Assembly: GCA_964351315.1 (NCBI GenBank)
Contig: CAYGNH010000002.1
Span: 216,269-280,268 of the forward strand
DNA length: 64,000 nucleotides
Direction of reading: 5' to 3'
Source of the DNA: an uncultured Pseudobdellovibrionaceae bacterium
GTDB lineage: Bacteria > Bdellovibrionota > Bdellovibrionia > Bdellovibrionales > JAGQZY01
This document shows, in pieces, positions 10,451 through 19,771 of this stretch; within the stretch, counting starts at the first letter, position 1, and each line of letters opens with the position of its first letter. The notes under the pieces are model-generated. The model was not told the origin of the DNA. It saw only the letters and a list, made by a program, of their open reading frames with translations, and did no database searches. The position numbers and the translations under genes were made by a program.

Positions 10451-12892
10451 ATGAGAAATGAACGCTTTTGGCTTCTTGGCACCCTATTCGCTTTGTCTGG
10501 ATTCACCAGCCTTGTTTATGAAAGCCTTTGGATTCGCAGCTTTTCAATAGCCTTTGGTAGTACGACTTTATCCATGAGCCTAGTGATTGCTATTTTCTTT
10601 TTTGGACTGGCCGCCGGAAGCCTTCTAGGCGCCCAATGGAATTCAAGAATTCTGCGCCCTCGATTGGTTTACGCAGGCCTGGAAGCTTTCATTGGTGTCT
10701 ATTGTTTCTTCCTGTACTACACCTTCTCGGAACTGCCAGCCGTCCTGTCTTTTTTTGCAACCCTGAACACAAGCCCGCCAACCGTCTTAATCCTAAAATT
10801 TTTCTCAACCTTAATACTAATCACTCCACCGACTGTGGCCATGGGCATGACATTTCCATTGATGGTTCGTCTGTTGTCGCCAGCAGACAGAAGCGTTGCC
10901 CAGAATGTTTCGCGCGTTTATGCTATCAACACATTGGGTGCCCTTTGCGGCGCTTTCCTTTCTGGGTTTGCCCTTATACCTTGGTTCGGACTCTGGGGAA
11001 CCCATTCATTGATGGTCATTCTCAACCTAAATATATTTCTCGTCTTAGTTCGCCGTCCGACCGAATCTCCGATCCAGAAAAAAAACCTCATTCCTCCAGG
11101 GAACGTCGATAAGTCTGCTGATTTATTTCGAACCTTAGTTCTATTCTCCAGCGCTGTCGTGGGTTTCGTCGCCGTCGGTGCAGAAATTGTATGGAACAAA
11201 TACATAACTCTCTTTCTTGGAACTAATATTTATGGTGTCAGCCTCACACTCTCTATTTTTCTTTTCGGAATCTTCTTAGGCTCATTTCTTTTATCTCGTC
11301 TGAAAACCAAACATCGATCTTCGCGTCTTTATATCGGACTCTACGCCCTATCCTTAATTACTACCCTGCTCAGTAGCCATCTTCTCGATCAAGCTCCCCT
11401 GCTTGCTTACCAATGGAAAGACTTTTTCCACTCAGGACTTTTGAGTTCGAAAACTCTGGTCGTGACGTTAATATTGCTGCCACCGACAGCCCTTTTCGGA
11501 GCTCTTTTGCCTCTGACTATTCATCTATTGTGCGCCAACAATACTGACTCCCCAAAATTCAGTGGCCGGGTGTATTCCATAAACACTTTGGGCGGGATTC
11601 TCGGATCTTTGACTGTGGGTCTTTTTCTTATTCCCCGCTTCGGCTCGGCGACCTCTTTGTTTTACCTCGGTTGTCTGCAACTGGGGACATTGTTTTTCTT
11701 GGTTCTATCTCTTGTCAAAGAGAACAAACTTTTTTTAATTGGCCCGTTTTGGTTGGCCGCAACAGGCTTAACATTGCTATTGTTGCCCTTAGTGCAATTA
11801 CAAACCATTGTTCAATCAGCCGAGTACTCCTACACCCATCCAAAAGCCACTGCTGATAGTTTTGCCTCATACATAGATCAATCCGATTTTGATATGCGCT
11901 ATTGGGCGGAAGGCGAAAATAGTGTGGTTAGTCTTCACTATGACATCAATGACAAGGGTGAGTTCGAAACCCAACGTTTGATTTTAAAAAGCAACGGCCT
12001 CAGCGAAAGCTTCTTTAACCTATCAGAGCCAGGGCAAGTCCCAAAATACGAAGGCTTGTTGGCCGTCGTTCCTTACCTTTACCACCCGGAACCTAAAACG
12101 GCCTTTGTCGTCGGCTATGGCGGAGGCTACACCGTCGAAGTTCTATCCAGCCTGGGGCTTGATAAAATCCGAGTGGCTGAAATCGAACAGAAAATTGTAG
12201 AGGCCTCGGATTATGTTTACCTGGGAGGATCTTCAATTTTGCAGAGAGGCAACATTGACCTCAAAATTCAAGATGCGCGCTTTCTACTTAGTCTTTCCAA
12301 TCAAGACCCTTACGACATCATTGTGTCTCAGCCTTCGCACAGTTGGATGAGTGGAGTCGCCAATCTTTTTACCCAAGATTTTTTTCAAATCGTCAAAGGA
12401 CGCTTAAGTAAAAAAGGTCTTTTTTCACAGTGGCTTAATTTGTACAATATGGATCCTCTTACTTTACAAAGTATTATTAGAACCTTTTTTGAAGTTTTCC
12501 CACACGGCGCTATTTTTACAAACAGTGCCGATGATCAGTTGATCTTACTGGGTGGTATTTCTCCTCTATCCTTGCAATACCAAAAGCTGAAGAAGATGAC
12601 AGCGGACATCTATTGGCAGGAGCGCCTCAGTTTCATCCCATTTAATTCCGACTTGGCTCTTCTATCTTACTTCGCAATGGATCGCCAGCAAGCCTTGGTT
12701 CTGAGTGAGAAGGCCCCTTTGAATACCGATAACAATGCTTTTGCCGAAGTCAGGCAAAGTCAACTTTACTACCAAATGGATTCCTCCTCTTGGACCTTCC
12801 GAAAATTTTTATTTGACCACTTTTCACCCTCGATCGGCGAAACAGAGAAACTCTTGCAGCAAGAAATTCAGAAAGCCAACAAAGGCCTTTAA
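10451..12892 (+). CDS. Fused polytopic membrane domain / spermidine-synthase-like (aminopropyltransferase fold) protein
   Basis: 813 aa. The N-terminal region of about 450 aa is multi-TM. The C-terminal region has ...AFVVGYGGGYTVEVL...DIIVSQPSHSWMSGVANLFTQDFF... Confidence 0.75.
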   Translation: MRNERFWLLGTLFALSGFTSLVYESLWIRSFSIAFGSTTLSMSLVIAIFFFGLAAGSLLGAQWNSRILRPRLVYAGLEAFIGVYCFFLYYTFSELPAVLSFFATLNTSPPTVLILKFFSTLILITPPTVAMGMTFPLMVRLLSPADRSVAQNVSRVYAINTLGALCGAFLSGFALIPWFGLWGTHSLMVILNLNIFLVLVRRPTESPIQKKNLIPPGNVDKSADLFRTLVLFSSAVVGFVAVGAEIVWNKYITLFLGTNIYGVSLTLSIFLFGIFLGSFLLSRLKTKHRSSRLYIGLYALSLITTLLSSHLLDQAPLLAYQWKDFFHSGLLSSKTLVVTLILLPPTALFGALLPLTIHLLCANNTDSPKFSGRVYSINTLGGILGSLTVGLFLIPRFGSATSLFYLGCLQLGTLFFLVLSLVKENKLFLIGPFWLAATGLTLLLLPLVQLQTIVQSAEYSYTHPKATADSFASYIDQSDFDMRYWAEGENSVVSLHYDINDKGEFETQRLILKSNGLSESFFNLSEPGQVPKYEGLLAVVPYLYHPEPKTAFVVGYGGGYTVEVLSSLGLDKIRVAEIEQKIVEASDYVYLGGSSILQRGNIDLKIQDARFLLSLSNQDPYDIIVSQPSHSWMSGVANLFTQDFFQIVKGRLSKKGLFSQWLNLYNMDPLTLQSIIRTFFEVFPHGAIFTNSADDQLILLGGISPLSLQYQKLKKMTADIYWQERLSFIPFNSDLALLSYFAMDRQQALVLSEKAPLNTDNNAFAEVRQSQLYYQMDSSSWTFRKFLFDHFSPSIGETEKLLQQEIQKANKGL

Positions 12893-13136
12893 GTTTTAAA
12901 TTGAAACAACATTTACGAAAATCGGCTGGACCTTTGGTGTGTTTTTTAACCAAAACTTAAAGTTTATCCTTCAGTCTCCGAGTAGAAAAATAACGATAAT
13001 AACCGCCATTTGGGGGGATAAGTAACGAGGTGACTATACGACATCTTAGTTCTTTCAGCACGTGGCACGTCGTGCGGTTTTATCGTTTTTTTTCCAATTG
13101 AACTTCGGCAAAAATCAAATCAAAAATCAAACTTTT

Positions 13137-14027
13137 TTAGGCTTTTGTTAGGTTGCTCTTGCTCCATTCCGAGTTCGGTGCTTGGTTCCATAAGCTTAAA
13201 ACAAAACCACCATCGCCACTGCCCGTGGGTTTACAAGCGATAGCTCCCTCGTTGCTAAGATGGGCCATATGGTCGTGCAGGTCCTGACTAATGAGGCCCC
13301 AGGATTCAAAACAGTCATTCGCTAAATTTATAGACTCTCTTAGTAATGAAACCTGCTCTTTGGTTTGCAAGGCTCGCTTGGCTAGGGTCACGGCTTTTTG
13401 CATGCGCTGATCAATGTCCGCACCAAGCTCTGGTTTTTCAGAAATCAATTTTTGAACTCGAGCGATGCAGTCAGAAGTGACTCCCCTTTTTCCACAATAG
13501 GACAAATAAAAATGCGGGCGCCAGGTTCCCTCGAAAAATTGCATGGTGTTAGGTTTCTGGAAACAGAGTCCTTGGTTATTCAAAGCGACAGCCACATCAA
13601 CACCGGAACTTTCCCCATGAAACAGATTTTCTAGGGATTTGGAAAATTCAAATTGATTGGCCTCATCCAAGTGCCCCAAAGCAGTGAACCACTTAGCTAA
13701 ACTCACACACAGGGTCGCACTGGCTCCCATACCGGCTCCCACTGGAATATTACTGCTGAGTCGCAAGACTCCCGAGACATCTTCTCGACGCAAATGAAGA
13801 TTTTGCAATGCCTTTTCCAAGACACCCCAAAAGGCCATTTCTAAATCTGTGTTTTTATGCTGAATCTCTAGTTTGAGCTCAGAACCAGGAACAAATTCAA
13901 AATCAAGAAAACGACTGGCGACGGGAAAGACCAAAGCCGTTCCTCCCCGCAGAACGCTGTGTTCACCGGCTAAAATCCACTTGCCATGGGTTCTAAACTT
14001 GAGCAAAACCAATCTCCTTAATATCAC
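13137..14027 (-). CDS. mvk: Mevalonate kinase (GHMP family)
   Basis: ...HGKWILAGEHSVLRGG... and the GHMP motif ...IPVGAGMGASATLCVS... The alternative TTG start at 14006 has better AAGGAG spacing. Confidence 0.8.
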   Translation of the reverse strand: MILRRLVLLKFRTHGKWILAGEHSVLRGGTALVFPVASRFLDFEFVPGSELKLEIQHKNTDLEMAFWGVLEKALQNLHLRREDVSGVLRLSSNIPVGAGMGASATLCVSLAKWFTALGHLDEANQFEFSKSLENLFHGESSGVDVAVALNNQGLCFQKPNTMQFFEGTWRPHFYLSYCGKRGVTSDCIARVQKLISEKPELGADIDQRMQKAVTLAKRALQTKEQVSLLRESINLANDCFESWGLISQDLHDHMAHLSNEGAIACKPTGSGDGGFVLSLWNQAPNSEWSKSNLTKA

Positions 14028-14964
14028 TCAAACAAGTCCATTGGTCTTTAAGGGCTTGATTATAAAAAAGCAGGCTTAAGTCTTTCTGATCTTTTCGCCA
14101 CAGCAAATGGATATTTGGGCCCGCATCCATCGTTACTAAAGGTCCATCGCCATGGGCCTCCCAGAAGTCGCGAGTCAGATTCAAAAGTGTTACAGTTCCC
14201 GGCAAAAAGTAACCAAAAGGAGGAGCACTGGTTTCAAATAAAGCGTGCATATCCCAAAACTCGGACCATAGAACTTGATAAAGCTGGGGCCAATTCAAAT
14301 TGAGAGTGGCTTTCTCCACTTTCCTCAAGCGCTCTACTGACCGCTCGACCCGCCCTAGAAACAAATCGCTGTTCGCCACCCGCCGATGGGCTTCTGACGA
14401 CGAAACCCTTTTGGCCCCTGCACCAACAAGAATCACCATGTGCTGAAGACTCATGTTGTCTGAAGGGTAACTTCGCACGCCTTTGTCATCCCAAATCACC
14501 AAGCCGTCCATGAAAGACCGACAAGAAGATCCTGAACCCTGTGCGGACAACTTAACTTTTTCCTCTAGGGAAATATTTTTCCCAGAAATTTCTGAGAAGG
14601 CTATACAACAAGCCTCCGTTAATGCGGCGAAACTGGAGGCGCTGCTTGCTATCCCGCAGTCGGCTGGAAAATTGTTCGCCGACTGAACTTTGAACCCACT
14701 GGTGACTGAAAAATAGTTTTTCAGGCGCCCTAAGTGCTTCAGATACTTCTGTTTACCCTTATCACTCATTGCGAAAGGATAGTCGCTGGGCAGAGGACTC
14801 CAAGAATCCACATCCGCCTCTGTTAAAACCACCTCTGTTTTCAAATGCCCCAACGTCCATGATAGAGAGGGGTTGGTCGGAATATTTTTTTCATAATCCT
14901 TTTTCCCCATATACTTTATCCAAGCAATGTTGGAAGGTTTTTCGGATTTCCATTGCTTAGGCAT
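13993..14964 (-). CDS. mvaD: Diphosphomevalonate decarboxylase
   Basis: ...SNIAWIKYMGKKD...PTNPSLSWTL... and ...NFPADCGIASSASSFAALT... are typical of MVD. The gene overlaps grxB by 8 nt. Confidence 0.85.
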   Translation of the reverse strand: MPKQWKSEKPSNIAWIKYMGKKDYEKNIPTNPSLSWTLGHLKTEVVLTEADVDSWSPLPSDYPFAMSDKGKQKYLKHLGRLKNYFSVTSGFKVQSANNFPADCGIASSASSFAALTEACCIAFSEISGKNISLEEKVKLSAQGSGSSCRSFMDGLVIWDDKGVRSYPSDNMSLQHMVILVGAGAKRVSSSEAHRRVANSDLFLGRVERSVERLRKVEKATLNLNWPQLYQVLWSEFWDMHALFETSAPPFGYFLPGTVTLLNLTRDFWEAHGDGPLVTMDAGPNIHLLWRKDQKDLSLLFYNQALKDQWTCLSDIKEIGFAQV

Positions 14965-15634
14965 TCAGAGTCTCTCCAAGGGCTAAATCCCAATGCAGGG
15001 GGACCTTCGACTTCTCACTCATTTCATTCATATAAGTTTCTATTTTTTCGGGAAAATTGAAACCTTTGACCGTGGTCAAACAACGTAGCGAGGCGAAAAC
15101 ATGAAAGTCATCAATACTCAGTCGATCACCCCAAAAAAATGGGTCTCCAACAATCAGTTTTTCTAACTCAGACAAATGGACACTTGCTTGATTTATTAAG
15201 TTTTTTGAATTTGACAAGCTTTTTGAAAAGGGCCCAATGGATCTTTCTTTTTTTATGGTGAAATACTGCCGGGCTGATGCGGTGGCAAACTCTGGGAGAT
15301 TCATGGCCACCCACCGAGGCATGGCCAAGGCATAGTGATATTTCCGAATATCCAGCAACCACTGGTTAAGGGTTCCGTCGCCTTTGGAGGCCCCAACCCT
15401 GGGTGGACCAAAAGACTCTAGGCTATCCACATAAGAAATGATTTCAAGGCTTTCAGGAAGATAAGCCCCTTCAAGCGTTTGCAAAATAGGCAACATTTTT
15501 TGGCCAATCATTGAAATCGGCGAGTCTTCATCATCATTCAACAAAACTTTTTCAGTCACAGGAACAGCCTTTAAACCAAAAATCATTCTAGCTTTCACGC
15601 AATAGGGGCAGTGATCGTAATGAAACAAGGTCAA
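14957..15634 (-). CDS. grxB: Glutaredoxin 2 (GST-like two-domain glutaredoxin)
   Basis: ...LFHYDHCPYCVKARMIFGLKAVPV..VLLNDDEDSPISMIGQKMLPILQ... aligns along its length with E. coli GrxB as I recall it. The likely start is TTG at 15634 (GGAGG-N5-TTG), forming a TTGA overlap with the upstream stop. Confidence 0.85.
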   Translation of the reverse strand: MTLFHYDHCPYCVKARMIFGLKAVPVTEKVLLNDDEDSPISMIGQKMLPILQTLEGAYLPESLEIISYVDSLESFGPPRVGASKGDGTLNQWLLDIRKYHYALAMPRWVAMNLPEFATASARQYFTIKKERSIGPFSKSLSNSKNLINQASVHLSELEKLIVGDPFFWGDRLSIDDFHVFASLRCLTTVKGFNFPEKIETYMNEMSEKSKVPLHWDLALGETLNA

Positions 15635-16530
15635 TTTGACCTCCGAACGGTGGCCCCCGCATGAGCTTCGCTTAAACAACTGATGTACTGAAAGTCCTCA
15701 GCAAAGCAAAGAGCTTTGATTTCTTCACTCCGAGAGGACTCACCAACGACAATGACAGTGTCCATGCCCATCGCTCCACATCCCTTTGCCGCCAATACAG
15801 CTTCGTGTTCACGAAGCTGATAGACGCTTTTCTTTACGGTTTGATCACTTAAGCCCAACTCGTTAAGAAGATCATAATAGTAGTTCAGAGATTCACAAAA
15901 AACTTTTAAATTCTGCTGATCCAAAGAGGTTCGAGCCGCCAACAGAATTGGAATAAGGTTTTTCAAGTTTTTTGATTTTAAATCTTTGAGATGTTCATGA
16001 GTGGCCAGTTTTTTCCCGGTATGAAAAATAAAAATATCATAGCCTGGGAAGGGCCATGCCAATTTCTCAGCCAAATAATTCATTCCATCGTACCAACAAA
16101 GGCCACCACAGACTTGCGCCACCAAGTCAGCGCCACTGGGTTTATAGTCTCCACCCGCATGAGCTTGATACTGGGGAACAAAATCAGCCAAGGTATTCAA
16201 TATTGGAATGGTGCGATCACCCGCCCCTTCGCTGACAAAAGAATCATAGAGATAAACCGCAAGATACTCGGCGGTGGAACGACCAAAACCGCCTCGCCCT
16301 TCATGGGGATCTAAAACAGAAAAACCCACATCCTTATGATGAAGTTTAGAGCGCAGACGTCCCGCCGGACTGTCTTCGTGGAAACCAAAGGTGTTGTCTT
16401 TAATAGATTTAATAAAAAAAGCGGGTTCTGTCGCTGCGATCAATGAGGCTGTTCCATTGATTGCCAAGTATTCACCAACGATAAAGGTCTTACTTGGAAT
16501 TTCAAAAACCAAATCCAGTTGATTAGACAT
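15631..16530 (-). CDS. Phosphomevalonate kinase (GHMP / ERG8 type)
   Basis: The N-terminal ...PSKTFIVGEYLAINGTASLIAATEP... pattern, a GHMP-like core and operon context support the call. TAATG overlap with mvaA. Confidence 0.72.
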   Translation of the reverse strand: MSNQLDLVFEIPSKTFIVGEYLAINGTASLIAATEPAFFIKSIKDNTFGFHEDSPAGRLRSKLHHKDVGFSVLDPHEGRGGFGRSTAEYLAVYLYDSFVSEGAGDRTIPILNTLADFVPQYQAHAGGDYKPSGADLVAQVCGGLCWYDGMNYLAEKLAWPFPGYDIFIFHTGKKLATHEHLKDLKSKNLKNLIPILLAARTSLDQQNLKVFCESLNYYYDLLNELGLSDQTVKKSVYQLREHEAVLAAKGCGAMGMDTVIVVGESSRSEEIKALCFAEDFQYISCLSEAHAGATVRRSN

Positions 16531-17831
16531 TAACGAGCGCTATTCTCCGGCGCCGCCATTTGCTTTCGAAGACCTTGCAGGATCTGCCATGCATCCGTGT
16601 GAGTGATTCGTTTTTTCACCGCTAACAGTTGCTCCAATTTTCTTTGCAAGGGTCTAGTTTCATCAGGAGTGGCTCCCACTCCCAATGTCAGATTTTTAAT
16701 ATGAAGTTTCATATGCCCTTCGATGATACCAACCGTGGTCAGCGCATTTAAAGCTCCCAGGTTTTGCACCAAGCCGACAGCTCCACAAATTCGTGCCAGC
16801 TCGTTGGCACTGTGGACATCGAGCATTTCAAGACAGATGCGAGCTGTTGGGTGCAGCGATGTCACGCCTCCGACGGTCCCTACAATCAACGGCGCTTTAA
16901 ACATTCCAGTAAGAGTCCCATCCTGATAGCGCCACTGAGTGATCGAGCGGTACTGTCCGCTACGAGCCGCATAAGCGTGAACACCAGCTTCGACCGCACG
17001 CCAATCGTTACCGGTGGCGATCAAGATCGGATCAATTCCATTCAGAACACCCTTATTGTTGGTTGCCGCACGATAAGGATCATTCTCGGCAAAAAGAGAG
17101 GCCTCTTGAATTTTCTCACCCATTTCAGGACTCACGTTTCGCAGTTCAACGGTGGCGACAGTGAGTTTAGTATCAACCAGGTTCGAGAGAATGCACATGG
17201 TGACTTTCTCTCCGCTTAAATCTTGAATGGGGCCTTTCAAGTATTCACAGACTTGATTGATCATATTTGCACCCATAGCGTCGCAGGGATTGAACAGAAC
17301 ATGGAAGACCGCCATGGTGCCACCATCATTGCGATCAATCGATCGAAGCTGAATGTCTTCGACCCCTCCACCACGTTTGACCATAGTCGCGGCGACCTGT
17401 TCGTTAACCTCTTTAATCCACGTTGCCTTGGTTGCAGATAGCAGATTGTTTAGCTTTTCAAAGTTTGCCACTTTCGCGATTTGAATTTGGCCAATAATCG
17501 TGTCACCCATGGTGCGAGTTGTGATCGCTCCATCTTGCGCGACCCAACGAGCTGTTTTACTAGCGGCTGCAATAATAGAAGTCTCTTCCACCGCCATGGG
17601 TATCACCCGAGGGACATCGTCAATAACAAAATTGGTCGCCACTCCCAGAGGAAGCTGAAAGTAGCCAATGGAGTTCTCGATAAAGTTATCGGCCAGGTCG
17701 ATGTCATGGAGACCTCCGGAAGTCAGGTAATCGATGTCGGTTTTTGTTAAAGCGCCCATTTCCATCAATCTTTGAAATCTTTGGTGACGGTTCAATTTAG
17801 AAAAACCTTTAAACAATTCCTTTATGTCCAT
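16530..17831 (-). CDS. mvaA: Hydroxymethylglutaryl-CoA reductase, class II
   Basis: 433 aa with no membrane anchor. ...ENSIGYFQLPLGVATNFVIDD..., ...DAMGANMINQ..., ...GTVGG... are typical of class II HMGR. Confidence 0.9.
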   Translation of the reverse strand: MDIKELFKGFSKLNRHQRFQRLMEMGALTKTDIDYLTSGGLHDIDLADNFIENSIGYFQLPLGVATNFVIDDVPRVIPMAVEETSIIAAASKTARWVAQDGAITTRTMGDTIIGQIQIAKVANFEKLNNLLSATKATWIKEVNEQVAATMVKRGGGVEDIQLRSIDRNDGGTMAVFHVLFNPCDAMGANMINQVCEYLKGPIQDLSGEKVTMCILSNLVDTKLTVATVELRNVSPEMGEKIQEASLFAENDPYRAATNNKGVLNGIDPILIATGNDWRAVEAGVHAYAARSGQYRSITQWRYQDGTLTGMFKAPLIVGTVGGVTSLHPTARICLEMLDVHSANELARICGAVGLVQNLGALNALTTVGIIEGHMKLHIKNLTLGVGATPDETRPLQRKLEQLLAVKKRITHTDAWQILQGLRKQMAAPENSAR

Positions 17832-18871
17832 TTCAACAGCTTCCTTTTACCAACAAGAGATTCCACTTTATCAATTCCTAAACAAAACATAGCCACTTTT
17901 AATTCCTGATCCAACTGCTGCATGCGATCGATCAGTGTTTCCGGTCCGTCCACCGCGGCCTGCAAAATGGGTTTTGCAAATCCCACTTTTTCAGCTCCTA
18001 GAGCTAACAGCTTCGCCGCTTGCAGACCATCTCTGACGCCACCCGAGGCCCACAAAGGAAAACTTACCCCAGTTTTGAATCCATTTTCTAGAGAGTCAAC
18101 CGTGGAAATCCCCCAATCAAAAAATGTCCGAGCCACTCGGTGCCCAAACTCATTTTCATTCATACGAAAAGCTTCTACCCGACCCCAGTGGGTCCCACCC
18201 TGACCGCTGACATCAACAGCCGCCAGGTTCATTTCTTTCAATGAATCAAAGGACTGTTCCGAAAAACCGCAGCCTGTTTCCTTTAAAACCACAGGAACAG
18301 TCAAGTCTCCAATCAGTTGCTTCAGAGCCTCAAGCCCTCCCTTAAACTGTGGAGTTCCCTCGGGCTGAATCGCCTCCTGCAGCGGGTTGCAATGCACCAC
18401 CAAAAACTGGGCCTGTAAGGAGTCCACCAAAGCTTGAATATCGACGGTTGGTCGGCCAATAATTTGTGACAAGCCTATATTTCCAAAAATAATATTGTTT
18501 GGATATTGAGCGCGAAGCTTTTCGCACTCCAACCTTCCATTTGGATCAAACAACTGGCGCCGTTGCGACCCGACTCCCATCATCCAACCCAGCTCAGCAC
18601 AAGCCTTAAGAATGGTGTCATTCAGCGCTGTCGCTCCTTCATGACCCAAGGTCATTGAACTCACAAAAAGGGGTGACGCCAGGGCGTGGCCAAAAGCTTC
18701 ACAACCTAGGCTCACATCCTCAAGATTAATATTTGGAATGGGATTATGTTGAAACTGCAAACTAGAAAACTGGTCCAGCAAAGACTGGCTCTCATCGCGC
18801 AATGATATTTCGATGTGATCCTTCTTCCTCTGATTGAATAGTTCAGAGGAAGTCTGCTTTTCAGTTTCCAA
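17822..18871 (-). CDS. fni: Isopentenyl-diphosphate delta-isomerase, type 2 (FMN-dependent)
   Basis: ...RKKDHIEISL..., a TIM-barrel FMN pattern ...VVLKETGCGFS...DVSGQGGTHW..., and ...ASGGVRDG... TTG start. Confidence 0.85.
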   Translation of the reverse strand: METEKQTSSELFNQRKKDHIEISLRDESQSLLDQFSSLQFQHNPIPNINLEDVSLGCEAFGHALASPLFVSSMTLGHEGATALNDTILKACAELGWMMGVGSQRRQLFDPNGRLECEKLRAQYPNNIIFGNIGLSQIIGRPTVDIQALVDSLQAQFLVVHCNPLQEAIQPEGTPQFKGGLEALKQLIGDLTVPVVLKETGCGFSEQSFDSLKEMNLAAVDVSGQGGTHWGRVEAFRMNENEFGHRVARTFFDWGISTVDSLENGFKTGVSFPLWASGGVRDGLQAAKLLALGAEKVGFAKPILQAAVDGPETLIDRMQQLDQELKVAMFCLGIDKVESLVGKRKLLKWT

Positions 18872-18912
18872 TTCCTCTCCTCTGTAGAGAGACCTCTGCA
18901 GAAGGTTCGGCC

Positions 18913-19260
18913 TTACTTCGGCATCACCTGTTCGATAATTTTTGTAAACGCCTCGGGATCCGTCACTGCGATATCGGCAAGGACTTTCCGATCTAATTCA
19001 AGATCCGAATTAATCAAAGCACCCATGAATCTGGAGTAACTGGTTCCGTTCAATTTGGCCGCAGCAGAGATTCGAGTGATCCATAATTTACGGAACTCTC
19101 TTTTCTTAACTTTTCGATCCCGATAAGCATAGACCATTCCACGATCATTTTTTTCTTTAGCGACAGCATAGATCCGGCTACCAGCACCACGGTACCCTTC
19201 AGCACGGTTCAATACTTTATTACGACGTCGGCGAGCTTTAACTCCTCTTTTTACACGCAT
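18913..19260 (-). CDS. rplT: 50S ribosomal protein L20
   Basis: MRVKRGVKARRRRNKVLNRAEGYRGA... is a canonical L20 sequence. Confidence 0.97.
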   Translation of the reverse strand: MRVKRGVKARRRRNKVLNRAEGYRGAGSRIYAVAKEKNDRGMVYAYRDRKVKKREFRKLWITRISAAAKLNGTSYSRFMGALINSDLELDRKVLADIAVTDPEAFTKIIEQVMPK

Positions 19261-19273
19261 CTCTTAAGCCCTC

Positions 19274-19465
19274 CTAAAGATTAAAACACTTTTGAATAAG
19301 TGGAAGGTTAGCGCTATCAACATACTTCATATCACCAAGGTGACGTTTTCTTTTTGAACTTTTGTTCACAAGTATGTGGCGGAGTCCCTGCTGGGATCTT
19401 TTGATTTTTGTTCGGCTTTTTACGCGAAAGCGTTTTTTAGCACCAGAATGAGTCTTCTGTTTCAT
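19274..19465 (-). CDS. rpmI: 50S ribosomal protein L35
   Basis: MKQKTHSGAKKRFRVK... is a canonical L35 sequence. Confidence 0.95.
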   Translation of the reverse strand: MKQKTHSGAKKRFRVKSRTKIKRSQQGLRHILVNKSSKRKRHLGDMKYVDSANLPLIQKCFNL

Positions 19466-19771
19466 CTGAATTTCCTTTCCCTAGAGGCGAAGGGGATACC
19501 ATTAAGCCCTTGCTTTCATTAGCCTTTAGAAGATGTAAAGGGTTTTAACGCATTCAGGCGCCTTTGTCCACTCAAAGAAACTCATTTATTTATTAAAGAT
19601 TCTAATAGTTTAGGCTACATGAGTCCTAGCCAAGGGGCCTAAAACGGCCAGAAGCACTGGCGCCCGTGGCGACTCACAGAAGTTGGCTCCACCCCAGCCA
19701 ATGAAAATGACGAGGGGTGCACGGGACAACCAGTTTATTTTTTAACGACAAAAAATAAAACTCGCTGGACC

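Noticed and set aside
13058-13093. A weak hairpin (GCACG/CGTGC) followed by a T-run lies in the 244-nt convergent spacer between the speE-like gene and mvk. It could be a terminator or sRNA.
   Set aside because: The stem is only 5 bp and lies 170 nt from the upstream stop. It is too weak to call without transcript data.
18872-18912. An imperfect hairpin (TCTGCAGAG...CTCTACAGA) lies just upstream of the fni SD and TTG start.
   Set aside because: On the transcribed (minus) strand it contains a C-A mismatch in the middle and has no U-tract. Evidence for an attenuator or terminator is insufficient.
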